In this document: positions 20,410-30,957 of the stretch, one piece after another
How positions within the stretch are numbered: the first letter of the stretch is position 1
How the letters are laid out: the number at the start of each line of letters is the position of its first letter
The notes under the pieces: generated by a model
Seen by the model: only the letters and a program-made list of their open reading frames with translations
Told to the model about the DNA's origin: nothing
Database searches by the model: none
Made by a program: the position numbers and the translations under genes
From: an uncultured bacterium
GTDB lineage: Bacteria > Verrucomicrobiota > Verrucomicrobiia > Limisphaerales > UBA8199
DNA: 64,000 bases
NCBI GenBank assembly: GCA_963749495.1
Contig: CAVVMW010000029.1
Location: 32,001-96,000 of the forward strand
Direction: 5' to 3'

Positions 20410-23400
20410 GAGCGATGTTGGTGCGCACGCCGTCCAAATCGAACCACTGCGACTTCATGAAGATGTGCTGTCCATCGCTGGAGAGCAAGTCCGCCAAGGC
20501 CACGGGCGCGTTGAAGGTCTTTTCCAAAGTCGTCAGGCTGTTGGTGGTCCCGGGGATCTTGTCGTCCATCACCTTTTCGATGAGCTTGACGCCGTTAGTC
20601 GGGTTGAGCGCCAGGAATCGGCAGCCGCCATCCAGGTACATCGAGCGGCCCGCCACGCAATAGACCTTGTCGTTGAGCACGAGCACGCTGCCGCTCACAG
20701 GCCAGACCGACTCGACCTGCTCATAACACATGTGCCGCAAATCGGTCGGCGCCACCAGGAAACGCCAGATCAGCGCGCCATCGGTTGCGCGCAGGCAATA
20801 AGCGTAGCCGTCGGCCGACCCCGAACAAGACGCGGCCCTGATAAATGGTGGGGGGCGAATCCACGCGGCCGCCGGCGGTAAAGCTCCATCGCTTGGAGCC
20901 CGTATCGGCATCCAAGGCATAAACTGTGTGCGTATCCACGCTCGCCACAAAGAGCGATCCCTCGGCTACGGTTACGCTGCTGAGCCTGCCGCCCAAGGTC
21001 GTTTGCCACCTCAGGTTCAAGGTCGAGGGCACTGCGTTGGTGGTGTAGCCGCTGCGCACGGTGTCATGCGCGTAATGCGTCCAGTCGTCAATCTCCGGCG
21101 GACGCGGTTTGACGAGCTTCATCCAGGACCCGCCTTGTTGGATATAGGCCACCCCGAGAGGCGCGAGCACCCGGCTCACCTCGTTGGTGGTCATCGTTCC
21201 CATGTCTTGCACCCCCGCCAAATTGACAAAATTATCAATATACGGCAGGTGGGCCCCGTCCCATTGATCGGCGGAGACATAGCCATAAACCCCCAACGAC
21301 ATCATATACTCTCGCGCCGCGGCCACCTGCGCGGGGTCTTGATCCAGGCCCTGGACCCTGTAACTGGTGTTCAGTTGCAGGGCCGCGGTCAACTGGCCGT
21401 TGCCGCACCCAACATGCGCGATGAACCCGCCTTTGACACCCGTGTCCTGGATAATTTGCGCCGCCTCGTCCTCGACCGTGCCCAGCTCGAAGATTGCGCG
21501 ATAGAACGCCTGTGCGGGCGGCGGGGAGGGCAGACTCCGGTCCTGGAAAGTCAGCAGGCCGTTGGTGGGGATCACCTCGGTGAGGATATTTACCCAATCG
21601 ACCAGATTGGTCGAGCGTTGAATAATGTAGTAGTCACCCGGGAATCCGGAGAAACGCAGTTCGAGCGGGCCTGCCACCGGCGGCGCCGATAGTGCAAACC
21701 GGTTGTAGCCAGAATTGGCCGGATTCGTCACCTCGACCATGTTGGTAACGGTGGTCAATCCACCATGTCTGTCGCTGATGGTATAGGTGAACTGGTCCGG
21801 GCCTGTATAACCGGCGTCGGGCATGTAGATGAGGGTAGTGCAATCCGAGTCCAGGCTGGCCGTCCCGTGGCTGGGTGCGCCAACCGCGACCAGCGCGAGC
21901 AGTTCGCTTTCCGGGTCCAAGGACAAGGACAACAGGTTTGCGACGTTGAGGTAAAGCGGCACGCCGCGCAGGGTCTGCGCCGCCAAACTCCCGGCCACTG
22001 GCGGGCGGTTGACGGAGATGGTCCCGTCAACAGTCAACCGGTTCAAAGACCAGTTCAAACCAGGGCCCAGTGGAGGCAGGCTCCAGGAGTAGAGTGCGCC
22101 GTCGTAACTGGGGGCGTCAAACAGTTGAAAGATCTCTCCTCCGACCAGGGTGTCGCCCTGGTAGAGCACCGTCAGGTTGCTGGCCCCGCCGAAAGCCAGT
22201 TGCTGCCTTACGACGACCTTGTTGCCACCAAACACGCCCCCATTTTTGCTGATCCGCAGTGTCGCATTTCCCTGGAGGGTCAAGCCAGCGGAGAAGTTCA
22301 ACGGGCCTGGGGCTGCGCCTGGAACGAGTGAGCCGCCCTGGGCGACAGTCACCGCACCGAGGATGGTCCCGTAGCCCCCCAAAGAATTGCTGTTGCCTAC
22401 GATCAAGCCACCGGTGAGCGCCGACGCATCCAAGATGGCGTTGCTGGCCACCAGGACACTCGAGCTGCCGGTGATGGCACCCTGGTACCGATCAGCGTAA
22501 ACTGGCCGATGGAGAATCCCGAACCGGTGATGTTGATCCGGTTCACACTGTTCACGGTGAGGTTCGTGGCATAAATGACCGGGGCGGCCGGATTGCCGAA
22601 TTCGCCGAGGTTAAAGATGTTGGTCGTGCGAGCCGAGCCACTGTCGCCAAGAACCAGGCTCGAGCTCTGTATCGTGTTGCCGGGACCTGAGGCTGTAATC
22701 GAGAGTGAGGCCCCGTTTCCGACGGTGAGCGGGCCGGTTGGTTGCCCTGCGGTGGTGGTCGCCAGGGTGCCTCCCAGCACCTTTGTCGTGCCGGCATAAC
22801 TGTTGACGCCGGAGAGGGTGAGGGTCCCCGCACCCGTTTTGGTCAGGGAGAGCGTCCCGCCTGAGTTCTGAATCACGCCGCTGAAGGTGCTGGTCTGGTC
22901 GTTGCCACCTACGCTCAAGGTCGCATTGCCGGCGCTGGCATCGACCACGCCCGCGCCGCCCAAGCCGTTGATGGTGTCATTAAACCCCGCCAGATCCAAT
23001 GTGCCGTTGGCGGTCACGTTGCCCTTGCCGGCGCCGCCGGGAATGGCGCCATTGGCGCCGAGTTGCAGGACCCCGCCGCTGATGACGGTATCCCCACTGT
23101 AGGTGTTGGGGCCGGTCAGCGTTACCGATGCGGTTCCCTGCAATGTTGATCGTCCCAGTTCCGTTGACCGAGAAGTTCGTCGCGGTGATGAGCGGTGTTG
23201 TCGGCTTGCCAAAGGCGCCCAGGTCAAGCGCCAGCGTTTCCTGGTCGGCCGCACGGGCGCCGAGCGTCAAGGAGGACATGTTCACCATGCCATTCGAGGT
23301 GCCCACGGTAACCCCAAGGGTTGCCCCGTTGCCCACACTGAAAGGACCTCCGCCGGTGGGTCCGGTCCATACGATCAACTCCGAGCCCGTGTTGGTCACC

Positions 23401-24322
23401 AGCGTCAGGCCCCGATAGTTGCTGGCCGCCTCGTGCAAGGTGAGACTGCCGCCGGCAACAGTAAGGTTCACTTTTCGGAGGGGTTGGTCCACGATCCGGC
23501 CCAGGTAGGTCGAGGGAGTCAGGCTATTGCTGAAGGTCAGAGTGGAATCGCTTGACCCGCTGCTGTTTGTGCTCTCCCATTCAAGTCCAACGTGCCTTGC
23601 ACCACCACGTCGCCAAAGCCCGCCCCGAAAGGCAGCGCACCGTCGGCCGCCAGGACCAGGGTGCCCGCGGCCACGGTTGTATCACCGGCATAGTCGTTGG
23701 CTTGATTCCCCAGTTGGAGAGCACCCGCGCCCTCTTTGGTCAATCCGCCGCTGCCCGTCACATGGCCGTTCAGAATAACCGTCCCGCCCGCCACATCGCC
23801 TACTGTCAACAGGTATCCTCCATTGGTAATTGAGCGCGTAAAAATCAAGGCATCGGCCGGAGCGGCATTGCTGATGATCGCCGGGCGGGTGAACGTAACC
23901 GGCATCTCCAAAACGTTGGCGCTGCTGGGAGCCACGCTTGGATTCCAGAACACCGCTACCCCGGGCCCGGTCAGATTGATCGGCATGCCAGCCAGGTCCC
24001 AGCCGTCGTTGGTGAAGGTGATCGAGGCGAAGGCCGTATCCGCAGGGAAGTCGTTCCTGTTGGCGTTCAGGCTGGTGCCAAACACGAGGCTGTCACCCGG
24101 CGAGGGCGCCACCCCTCCATACCAATTCCCTTCGGTCATCCAAGTGGCTTCAAGCTCCGGGTTCGAGCCATCCCATGCCACCGTTGCCGCCTGCCCCTGC
24201 CAAACCGCCCAGAGCAGCCAGGCTGTGAACACCAAACATGCCTGCGCAACGCCGCCGTTGCCTCCGTGGCGCGGGGTCGGCCAGGCTCCGAGATTTCCAA
24301 TGTTCATGCCGTTTCCTTTCAT
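20410..24322 (-). pseudogene. Degraded large secreted protein: autotransporter-associated (PATR) repeats, Ig/cadherin-like domain, SAM-methyltransferase-like and PQQ/BamB beta-propeller domains
   Basis: LTKxGAGxLxLxxxNxYxGxT repeats; YTGPDQFTYTISD; AHVGCGNG; WSFTAGGRVDSPP. Frame breaks at ~23565, ~23138, ~22490 and ~20820, in-frame deletion at ~21060, 3' truncation at ~20410. Confidence 0.75.
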
Positions 24323-24631
24323 GCCGTTCCGTATTCAGGTTCGGCTAAACTCCCCCTGCCCCACGGACCCGCGAGTCTGCAGGGAGCAGACGCTCTTGCC
24401 GTGGCCGAAGCCGGCCGGCTAAACGAGCGCCTGGTGACGGGCTTTTCTTGACTCAAGGATCCCCAGCCGGTCAAGCGAGGATACGAGAAAATTAACCACA
24501 ACGTAAGATTAGTCAATAGATCACGTCCCGATGAATGTCAGGCCAAGACACCCCGAGATTGCGGTTGCGCCATCGGCAACCCTGTAGCATGGTTAGAGGC
24601 CTTTGGAATATTGATGCCGCAATTTCGCACC

Positions 24632-24856
24632 ATGCGTATCGTCTTGCCCGCGGTTGTCGGCGGCTTGCTCGCGCCGGCGGCCCTGCTCGCGTGCAATGTG
24701 CCCGTTTTTCGGTACGCCCTGGAGCGGTGGACCCCGGACCAGTACGTGGCCGTCGTGTTCTACAGGGAACCACTCCGAGCCGAGCAGCAGAACCTGGTCG
24801 AGGCGCTTGAGAAAGCGGGCAAAGACGGCGGGGCCAATTTGGTCGTTTGGAAAGTC
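24632..24856 (+). pseudogene. N-terminal stub of PVC-type secreted protein (ACxVPVFRYALERW family)
   Basis: Signal peptide + ACNVPVFRYALERW; runs in frame into an unrelated ORF. Confidence 0.6.
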
Positions 24857-24862
24857 AAATTT

Positions 24863-26902
24863 ATGGTAGTAATCGGACCGATGCTATTCGCGACCCACCC
24901 GGGTGGTCAGCTCCAGTCGAGCATTGGAACCCTGTTCCCCCGGCACGAGGTCATCATCACGAGCCCACCCCTGCACGCCCTGCAGCGGGAGGCTTTCAAG
25001 GAATGGTTCCAGAAAAAGGAAGCCGAGGCGGGCCGGCGGGCCGCGACGGAGCTAAAGCTTTGCTGGGAAGCCGCCGAGAGCGTGGACCTGTTCTTTGCGC
25101 GCGGCGGGCTTGTGATGATCCGCCCGGAGCTGGAGCGGCTGGATCTGGCCTTCGACGCCGACGAGGATCTGCAGGCCAAATGGGGGGTGCCCCTCCACCG
25201 CATCAGCTTCATGTCGGTCAACGACAAGCGTGTCAGGCAGGCGCTGCGGGAACGAGGGGAGCTCTGGCGCATCAGCGCGCCGGCCTCGGAGCATGGGCGG
25301 ACTGAAGATGCCATTGCCCAAGCCAGGGTGGGAATCCACCACGGGGCCATCTACTACTACAACGCCCAGAGCGGGACGCGCTGGCTGACCTGCGGTCAGT
25401 TCGCGCAACTGGCGTCCCTGCCAGACGAAAAGTTGGCCGCGCAACTGGAGGAGGTCGCCGAGCACTGCGGCCACCGGAACCGGCACGGAAACCCGGAGGT
25501 GGCGTTCCTGGGGGCCGACCCCCTCCGGTTCGGGGCCCCAAACCTGCAGGGCCACAAGTTCGGCCAACTGCCAGCCGCGGAAACGCGGGCGCGCCACGCG
25601 GCCCTGGCGGCGCAGTTCCGCGAGGCAACCGAGCCGGCCCTGCAGGAGGACAGGCCGCAATGGGGGCCCTGGCAAGTGCGGGTCTTCGCCGCCATCACGG
25701 CAGAGGCAGGGGGGCCGCGCGAAGAGCTGGAGGGGATGGGGGGAGAGCTGGCCCCCAAGGTGCGATGGCTGCCGGGAGGCTGCTTCAAGGAGGGCGAATT
25801 CCACTTCGCGCCCAACTGCAGCGCGGAGGGCGCCCCGCCCAAGGACCAGGAACTGCGGGGGCTGTGGGATTCCCTGGCGCGCGGGTTCATCACCAACTTC
25901 ATACGGGAGCACAGCGACATCGAATACCTGAACCTGGGCCGGATCGAGGGCACCGGCCCGAGCCCCCAAGGAGGCCGGCGAGGGGTTTACCTGGCGGAGA
26001 TCAAAGTGCGGGACGAGCCCAACCCCCGGCGCCTGCTCCTGCGGGTGCTGCGCTGGGGCCTGCCGGAGCGGCTGGACGAGAGGGACGAGCAGGGCCGGCC
26101 AAAAGACTTCTTCCGGGCGGTGTTCGAGACCGAAGAGTACATTGACTATACGCTGGACCGGCGGCTGGGGTGCCTGCAGTTTGGGATGCACCTGCCCAGG
26201 CGGGTCAACATGCGGCGGGTGAGCGAACTCTACCGGGGGACGCGCTTCGAATTCACCGGCCGCTTCCTGCCGGTCATCTACTTCGAACGGGACTTCCTGG
26301 CCGGGATCCCGACCAACAGGGTCCCGGAGCGCAAGCTGGCCGAACCCCGCTACGCGCTCCTGCTGGCCAACCTGCTGGGCAAGGCAGCGGCACCCAACAT
26401 CATCGTGGGACGGAGCCGCGAGCCCAAGCCCAAGGAAGAACTGGAGCCCGCGGTGTTCGACGATGGCAACGAGATCATCGTCGAGTCCTCGGAGGGACTG
26501 CCGCGAGATATCGTGGTCGTGGACCACAGCGGGGCCTTCGCGGGGTGGCGGCCGACGAGCCTGCTGGCGTTCGCCGAGGCTTACGCAGGACCGGTGAACA
26601 ACCGGGCCACGCAGGTGCCCGACCCCAGGGCGTTCGCGGATGCCTACCTGGGGGCCTTCGCAGCGGAATTCCAGCGCATCCAGACCGAATACCGGCGGCA
26701 GCCGGGTGCCTTTGAAGGCCTCTTCAAGCAACAGCCCTGCAACGAACAGGGGAACTTCGCCTGCCGCTGGACCCGAGTGCTGCAACGGCTGCGGGAGACG
26801 GACCTGCGGAGCCTGGTCGCCGGGATCCGCCGCCACATCACCGTGCTCAAGCAGGCGGAGGCCAAAGAAGAGGGGGCGACGAGATACCGAGCATTTAGCT
26901 GA
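24863..26902 (+). CDS. Hypothetical ~680-aa cytoplasmic protein
   Basis: Long ORF with GC-rich codon usage from ATG 24863; no signal peptide or TM segments. Confidence 0.7.
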   Translation: MVVIGPMLFATHPGGQLQSSIGTLFPRHEVIITSPPLHALQREAFKEWFQKKEAEAGRRAATELKLCWEAAESVDLFFARGGLVMIRPELERLDLAFDADEDLQAKWGVPLHRISFMSVNDKRVRQALRERGELWRISAPASEHGRTEDAIAQARVGIHHGAIYYYNAQSGTRWLTCGQFAQLASLPDEKLAAQLEEVAEHCGHRNRHGNPEVAFLGADPLRFGAPNLQGHKFGQLPAAETRARHAALAAQFREATEPALQEDRPQWGPWQVRVFAAITAEAGGPREELEGMGGELAPKVRWLPGGCFKEGEFHFAPNCSAEGAPPKDQELRGLWDSLARGFITNFIREHSDIEYLNLGRIEGTGPSPQGGRRGVYLAEIKVRDEPNPRRLLLRVLRWGLPERLDERDEQGRPKDFFRAVFETEEYIDYTLDRRLGCLQFGMHLPRRVNMRRVSELYRGTRFEFTGRFLPVIYFERDFLAGIPTNRVPERKLAEPRYALLLANLLGKAAAPNIIVGRSREPKPKEELEPAVFDDGNEIIVESSEGLPRDIVVVDHSGAFAGWRPTSLLAFAEAYAGPVNNRATQVPDPRAFADAYLGAFAAEFQRIQTEYRRQPGAFEGLFKQQPCNEQGNFACRWTRVLQRLRETDLRSLVAGIRRHITVLKQAEAKEEGATRYRAFS

Positions 26903-26919
26903 TTTCAAAGGTATCCGGT

Positions 26920-29298
26920 TCATTTTCCAACAAGCGGCTGGGCGACGTTTGGCGGTGCTGGGGGGATCTCCGCGGGTTTCGGCAGAGTGGCTTCGATCAA
27001 TTGGCCTTTGTTCAGAGTCAACTCGAAGTTGTCGCCGACTTTGCGGACGCCGCTCCGGCTCCACTCCGGGGTTCGTCCTCCGAAGTTGTCCCGAATGCGC
27101 ACCAGACCGTCCTTGCCGGCCACGAGCCGGAACCAGGTCGTCGCGTTGTTCTCGCGGCGGGCGCTGAGGCGGTGGCCGCCCTCGGCCCGCAGGCCGGCAA
27201 ACGACGCGTCATGCCAGCGCCACGGGGCCGCCGGGAAGAGGCGCACGATCTCGGTGTCGCGCCGGCCGGGAGTGGAACTCCAGCTTTGCAGCAGCATCTC
27301 GTGCACGGCTTGCATCGCCAGGAAGTTTCCCTCGAGCGTGAAGGGGCGGTAGGTCATGCTCGAAAACCCGCTGTGCGTCTGGTCGCCGTTCACATGGAAA
27401 CCATTCCGCAAAATGAAGGCGTGGACAAACACATCGAGGTCCCGCACCGCCGTCTCGGCGTCACCGGCGCGGGCGCGCAGACAGCTCATCCACGACCACG
27501 AGTAGCCGCACCAGGCGCTGGTGCCCAGCGTGTCCCATTGCGCCAGCGAAGCCCGGATGTGGCGCCGGTCTTGCTCGCCGCCATCAGAGGTGGTGAGGTT
27601 GAATGGATACAGGCCGATGATGTTCGAGAGATGGCGGTGGCTGTACGGCAGTGGGGTTGCTGTGTCCACCAGCAACATGCCGCTGGCATCCGCGTGAAAA
27701 TCGCCGAGTGCCGCGGCAGTGGCAGCCCACGATTTCGCCTCGTCGGCCTTGCCAAGGGCATCGGCCATTTCGGAGAGCGCCAGGAAGAGCATTTTCAGGC
27801 AGGCGATGTCGTAGTTGCTGTTGGGGATCAGCCAGGCGCGGAGGCTGTTGTCGAAGATCTCCGGCGAAGAGGACCGGAACAATTTCAACACCCCGTTTGT
27901 GCCGGGTTTGAGCAACGCGCGTTCGCACTCGCCGATCTCCCGGCAGAAGGGATAGGCCCGCGAGCGGAGAAACTCGTTGTCTGCGGTGTAGCGCCAATGC
28001 AGATAAAACAAATGCGCGTTCCACGCGCCCATCGTCGGGGAGAGCGAATACTGCCCCCAGCCCCCGAGTGGTTGGCCCGCCAGCGACATCACCCCGGGAA
28101 CCGCGGCGCCGGGGGTTTCATAGAAGTCCCTGGCAAACTCGCGGAACACCGGCAGGAGATCGAACAGGTAGTCGAGAAAACAGGCGCCTTCGTCGAAATT
28201 CCCCGCCTCCTGGTAACCGATATAGGTCATCTGCGTGTTGAGGTCGTTGTGATAATCGCCCTTCCACGGCGGCAGCCCGCCGTTGTCGGCGGTCCACACA
28301 CCCTGCAAGGGCATCGGCGGGGCGCCGCGCCGCGAGGCCGCGCCGTAAAAATAGCGCGCCAGATAATAGTGCCTCTCAATGTCAGGCTCGGGCACTTGGA
28401 GGTTGGATCGTGCCCAGAACTGCCGCCACCACAGCGCGTGCGGCTTGAGCATCGCCTCGTGTGGCTGCGCCAGTGCGCCGGAGCAGCGCCGGCGAGCCAG
28501 GGCCAGCACATCGGCCGCATCCTTCGTGGAGGTGACGGCGACCGCCGCGATCGTCTGGTTGCCAACGCGTCTTGTTTCGATGCAGACGCAATACGTCAAG
28601 CCTTCAGCGGCTTCCTGCACATACCATTGGGCGCGACCCTCGTGCCCGTGCACCGCCGGCGGATATCCCAGCGCCCGGACCGCGCCGCCGCTGCTCGGCC
28701 CCGCATCACCGCCCTGCTTCTTGGCTCCCGACGGAATCAAATCGAACGACTTCGGCTCCGGACCAGGAATGCGGATCAAGGCAACCGGTTCCGCCGCGCT
28801 GAAAAACGCTTCCAGATTCGCGCCCCCGGCGAGATGCGCAAAGCCTTCCGCCGTGGCAAGATTCAGCTCGAACGCACTGATGCTCTGCGAAGAGTCCAGC
28901 GTGATCTCCAAACGGCCCGCAGGGAGTTTCGTGGGCGTCACGCCGTTGTACGGCCCGTCCCAGTCGCCGCCCTTTTTCCAGTTGCGGCTCTTCCACCACT
29001 CCCTTTCGCCATTGGGCCGCTCATCCCACAGGTCGCCGCGGTCGAGCGAAAGGCGCACCACATTCCTGTCGCCCCAAAGCAATCCGCCCATCAGCCCGTT
29101 CCCCAAGGGTATCGCCTCGTCCCAGGAATTGATCGGCGCAGTGAGACGCAGATTCAGTGTTGCACCCGGCAATGACGGCTCATCTGGCAACGGCGGCTTT
29201 GGCCCATGGCCGGTCTGCGCTCCCGGCGCGGCGCACAAGGCGGCAGACGCACACACGACAAGGCCAAGCCAAGTCCTTAGAACTGTTTTGCGCTTCAT
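26920..29298 (-). CDS. GH95 alpha-L-fucosidase
   Basis: WDEAIPLGNG, LQGVW, WKGDYHNDLNTQM, SSSPE, HRHLS, TLEGN. Confidence 0.92.
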   Translation of the reverse strand: MKRKTVLRTWLGLVVCASAALCAAPGAQTGHGPKPPLPDEPSLPGATLNLRLTAPINSWDEAIPLGNGLMGGLLWGDRNVVRLSLDRGDLWDERPNGEREWWKSRNWKKGGDWDGPYNGVTPTKLPAGRLEITLDSSQSISAFELNLATAEGFAHLAGGANLEAFFSAAEPVALIRIPGPEPKSFDLIPSGAKKQGGDAGPSSGGAVRALGYPPAVHGHEGRAQWYVQEAAEGLTYCVCIETRRVGNQTIAAVAVTSTKDAADVLALARRRCSGALAQPHEAMLKPHALWWRQFWARSNLQVPEPDIERHYYLARYFYGAASRRGAPPMPLQGVWTADNGGLPPWKGDYHNDLNTQMTYIGYQEAGNFDEGACFLDYLFDLLPVFREFARDFYETPGAAVPGVMSLAGQPLGGWGQYSLSPTMGAWNAHLFYLHWRYTADNEFLRSRAYPFCREIGECERALLKPGTNGVLKLFRSSSPEIFDNSLRAWLIPNSNYDIACLKMLFLALSEMADALGKADEAKSWAATAAALGDFHADASGMLLVDTATPLPYSHRHLSNIIGLYPFNLTTSDGGEQDRRHIRASLAQWDTLGTSAWCGYSWSWMSCLRARAGDAETAVRDLDVFVHAFILRNGFHVNGDQTHSGFSSMTYRPFTLEGNFLAMQAVHEMLLQSWSSTPGRRDTEIVRLFPAAPWRWHDASFAGLRAEGGHRLSARRENNATTWFRLVAGKDGLVRIRDNFGGRTPEWSRSGVRKVGDNFELTLNKGQLIEATLPKPAEIPPAPPNVAQPLVGK

Positions 29299-29484
29299 TG
29301 CTCCCGAGTGAACCCGTTCGCGTTCGTTTGTGCAATGAACTTCTGAGCGTGGCGCCTCGAGTGATCGACATGCCCGAGGGGCACGAGGTCGGGAATGTCG
29401 GGCATAATCGAACGTACCGGATGGGCCTCAGGAGTTTCCAAAACCGGGGGCTTCATGTTAGGCTGGCCGTCGATGCAACCGGAC

Positions 29485-30705
29485 ATGGCCGTGAAACTTA
29501 ACAGATTCCTCTGGCGACTGAGCCCCCTGGCAACTGTGATTCTCCTTGAACTCGTGTCCTCCGCCGCAAATGATCAGTTGCTCTACTTTACGTCGACGAG
29601 TCTGCTGGCGGACGACCAGCGCATCGTGTTCCTCAGCGACCGAAGCGGCCAGCCGAACATCTTTCTGCGAGACCTCAAGACCGGGGAGGACAAACAGCTT
29701 ACCTTCAATACCGAGGGTTTTCTCAAGTCCTACGTTTACTTCGATGGCCAACCGTATCGCGGCCTGGGCCGCGCCAGCGTGAGCCTGGACGCGCAGCGCG
29801 GGGCCGTCTATTTCATCCAGGGCCGGAAGATTTGCGCGGTGCACACCAACGGCCTTGAGCGCGTGCTCGCCGAATATCCCGCAGGCCAGATGACCGCGTT
29901 CACGCACGTTTCCGCCGACGGGACGCGGCTCTGTGTGCCGACAACCGACGCCCGCGCGCTGGACGACGAAGCGCCCTTGAAAGGCAAACCGGATTACGAC
30001 ATTGATGAGCGGGTCCAAAAGGAGAATCTCTCGTCGTATCTGCGCGTTTATGACACCGCCACCGGCAAGGAGATTCTGTGCGAACGGGTGCCGAAGGCGT
30101 GGATCACGCACGTCCAGTTTTCGCCGCGCGACAACAATCTGATTCTATACAATCACGAGTGGTGTTCCGATTGCGGCATCCGCCGGATGTGGCTGTGGGA
30201 TGGCCGCCGGCACATCCGCCTGCGCACCGAAGGCGAGGGCCGCAGCCGCGCGGACTGGACTTGCCACGAAATGTGGGAGCGCGACGGCTCGGCCATTATT
30301 TATCACGGCAGCTATCGCAATGGCCCAACCTACCTTGGCCGCGTAAACCCCGATGGCAGCGGAGTGACGGAAATCGCCCTGCCCAAAGAGTGGAACCGCT
30401 ACGGACATTTCACCGTCGGCCGTCCCGGTTGGCTGGTCACCGATGGTTGCTATGTGCAGCCGGAGGACCCGAAAAAACCCGGCGGCGCGTGGATCAGCGT
30501 GCTCAAGGTGGACTGGGCGGCCAAGCATTACGACTGGCAGCCGTTGTGCCAGCACGGCTCAAGCTGGAGCTCACAGGACGCCCATCCGCATCCGATCTTC
30601 AACCACGCCGCCGACGCGGTTTACTTCACATCCGACGCGAAGGGAAGGCGCACAATTTGCCGCGTGGCTGTGCCGGAAAGACTGGCCGGGCCGACGGCGC
30701 CGTGA
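29485..30705 (+). CDS. Oligogalacturonate lyase (PL22-like) beta-propeller
   Basis: LLYFT, WITHVQFSP, YNHE, TCHEMW, HPHPIF. Confidence 0.8.
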   Translation: MAVKLNRFLWRLSPLATVILLELVSSAANDQLLYFTSTSLLADDQRIVFLSDRSGQPNIFLRDLKTGEDKQLTFNTEGFLKSYVYFDGQPYRGLGRASVSLDAQRGAVYFIQGRKICAVHTNGLERVLAEYPAGQMTAFTHVSADGTRLCVPTTDARALDDEAPLKGKPDYDIDERVQKENLSSYLRVYDTATGKEILCERVPKAWITHVQFSPRDNNLILYNHEWCSDCGIRRMWLWDGRRHIRLRTEGEGRSRADWTCHEMWERDGSAIIYHGSYRNGPTYLGRVNPDGSGVTEIALPKEWNRYGHFTVGRPGWLVTDGCYVQPEDPKKPGGAWISVLKVDWAAKHYDWQPLCQHGSSWSSQDAHPHPIFNHAADAVYFTSDAKGRRTICRVAVPERLAGPTAP

Positions 30706-30726
30706 TGAGCGGCGTCGCTTCTTTCA

Positions 30727-30956
30727 TCATGCACCCCCGGCCATAGCTCGCTCGGCTTGCACCGCCAGCGCGGCCGGCGTTAGGCCTTTCCGGAAGGCAT
30801 TGAAACCCAAGGGCGTGGGGGCAAAGGTTCCAACCCAATCCACGTTGGTCTGCGGTGGAATCCGATCCTCCAGGCCGAGCGCCCAAAAACAGGCATTCAC
30901 GACCATGCGGCGAAAGCCTTCGCTCTCGAAACAATGAGGAAGATCCCACGTTTCAC
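30727..30956 (-). pseudogene. Collapsed ThuA-like protein (first 8 codons joined to C-terminus)
   Basis: GTG 30956 gives MKRGIFLI, joined out of frame at ~30933 to FESEGFRRMVVNACFWALGLEDRIP...FRKGLTP. Confidence 0.6.
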
Positions 30957-30957
30957 A

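Noticed and set aside
24611..26902. Single native 763-aa secreted protein
   Set aside because: Two unrelated parts joined at ~24857; the second has its own ATG (24863).
25052..29175. Long antisense ORFs (670 aa, 724 aa; also 39444..41261, 57455..59011)
   Set aside because: Shadows of high-GC genes on the opposite strand; no motifs.
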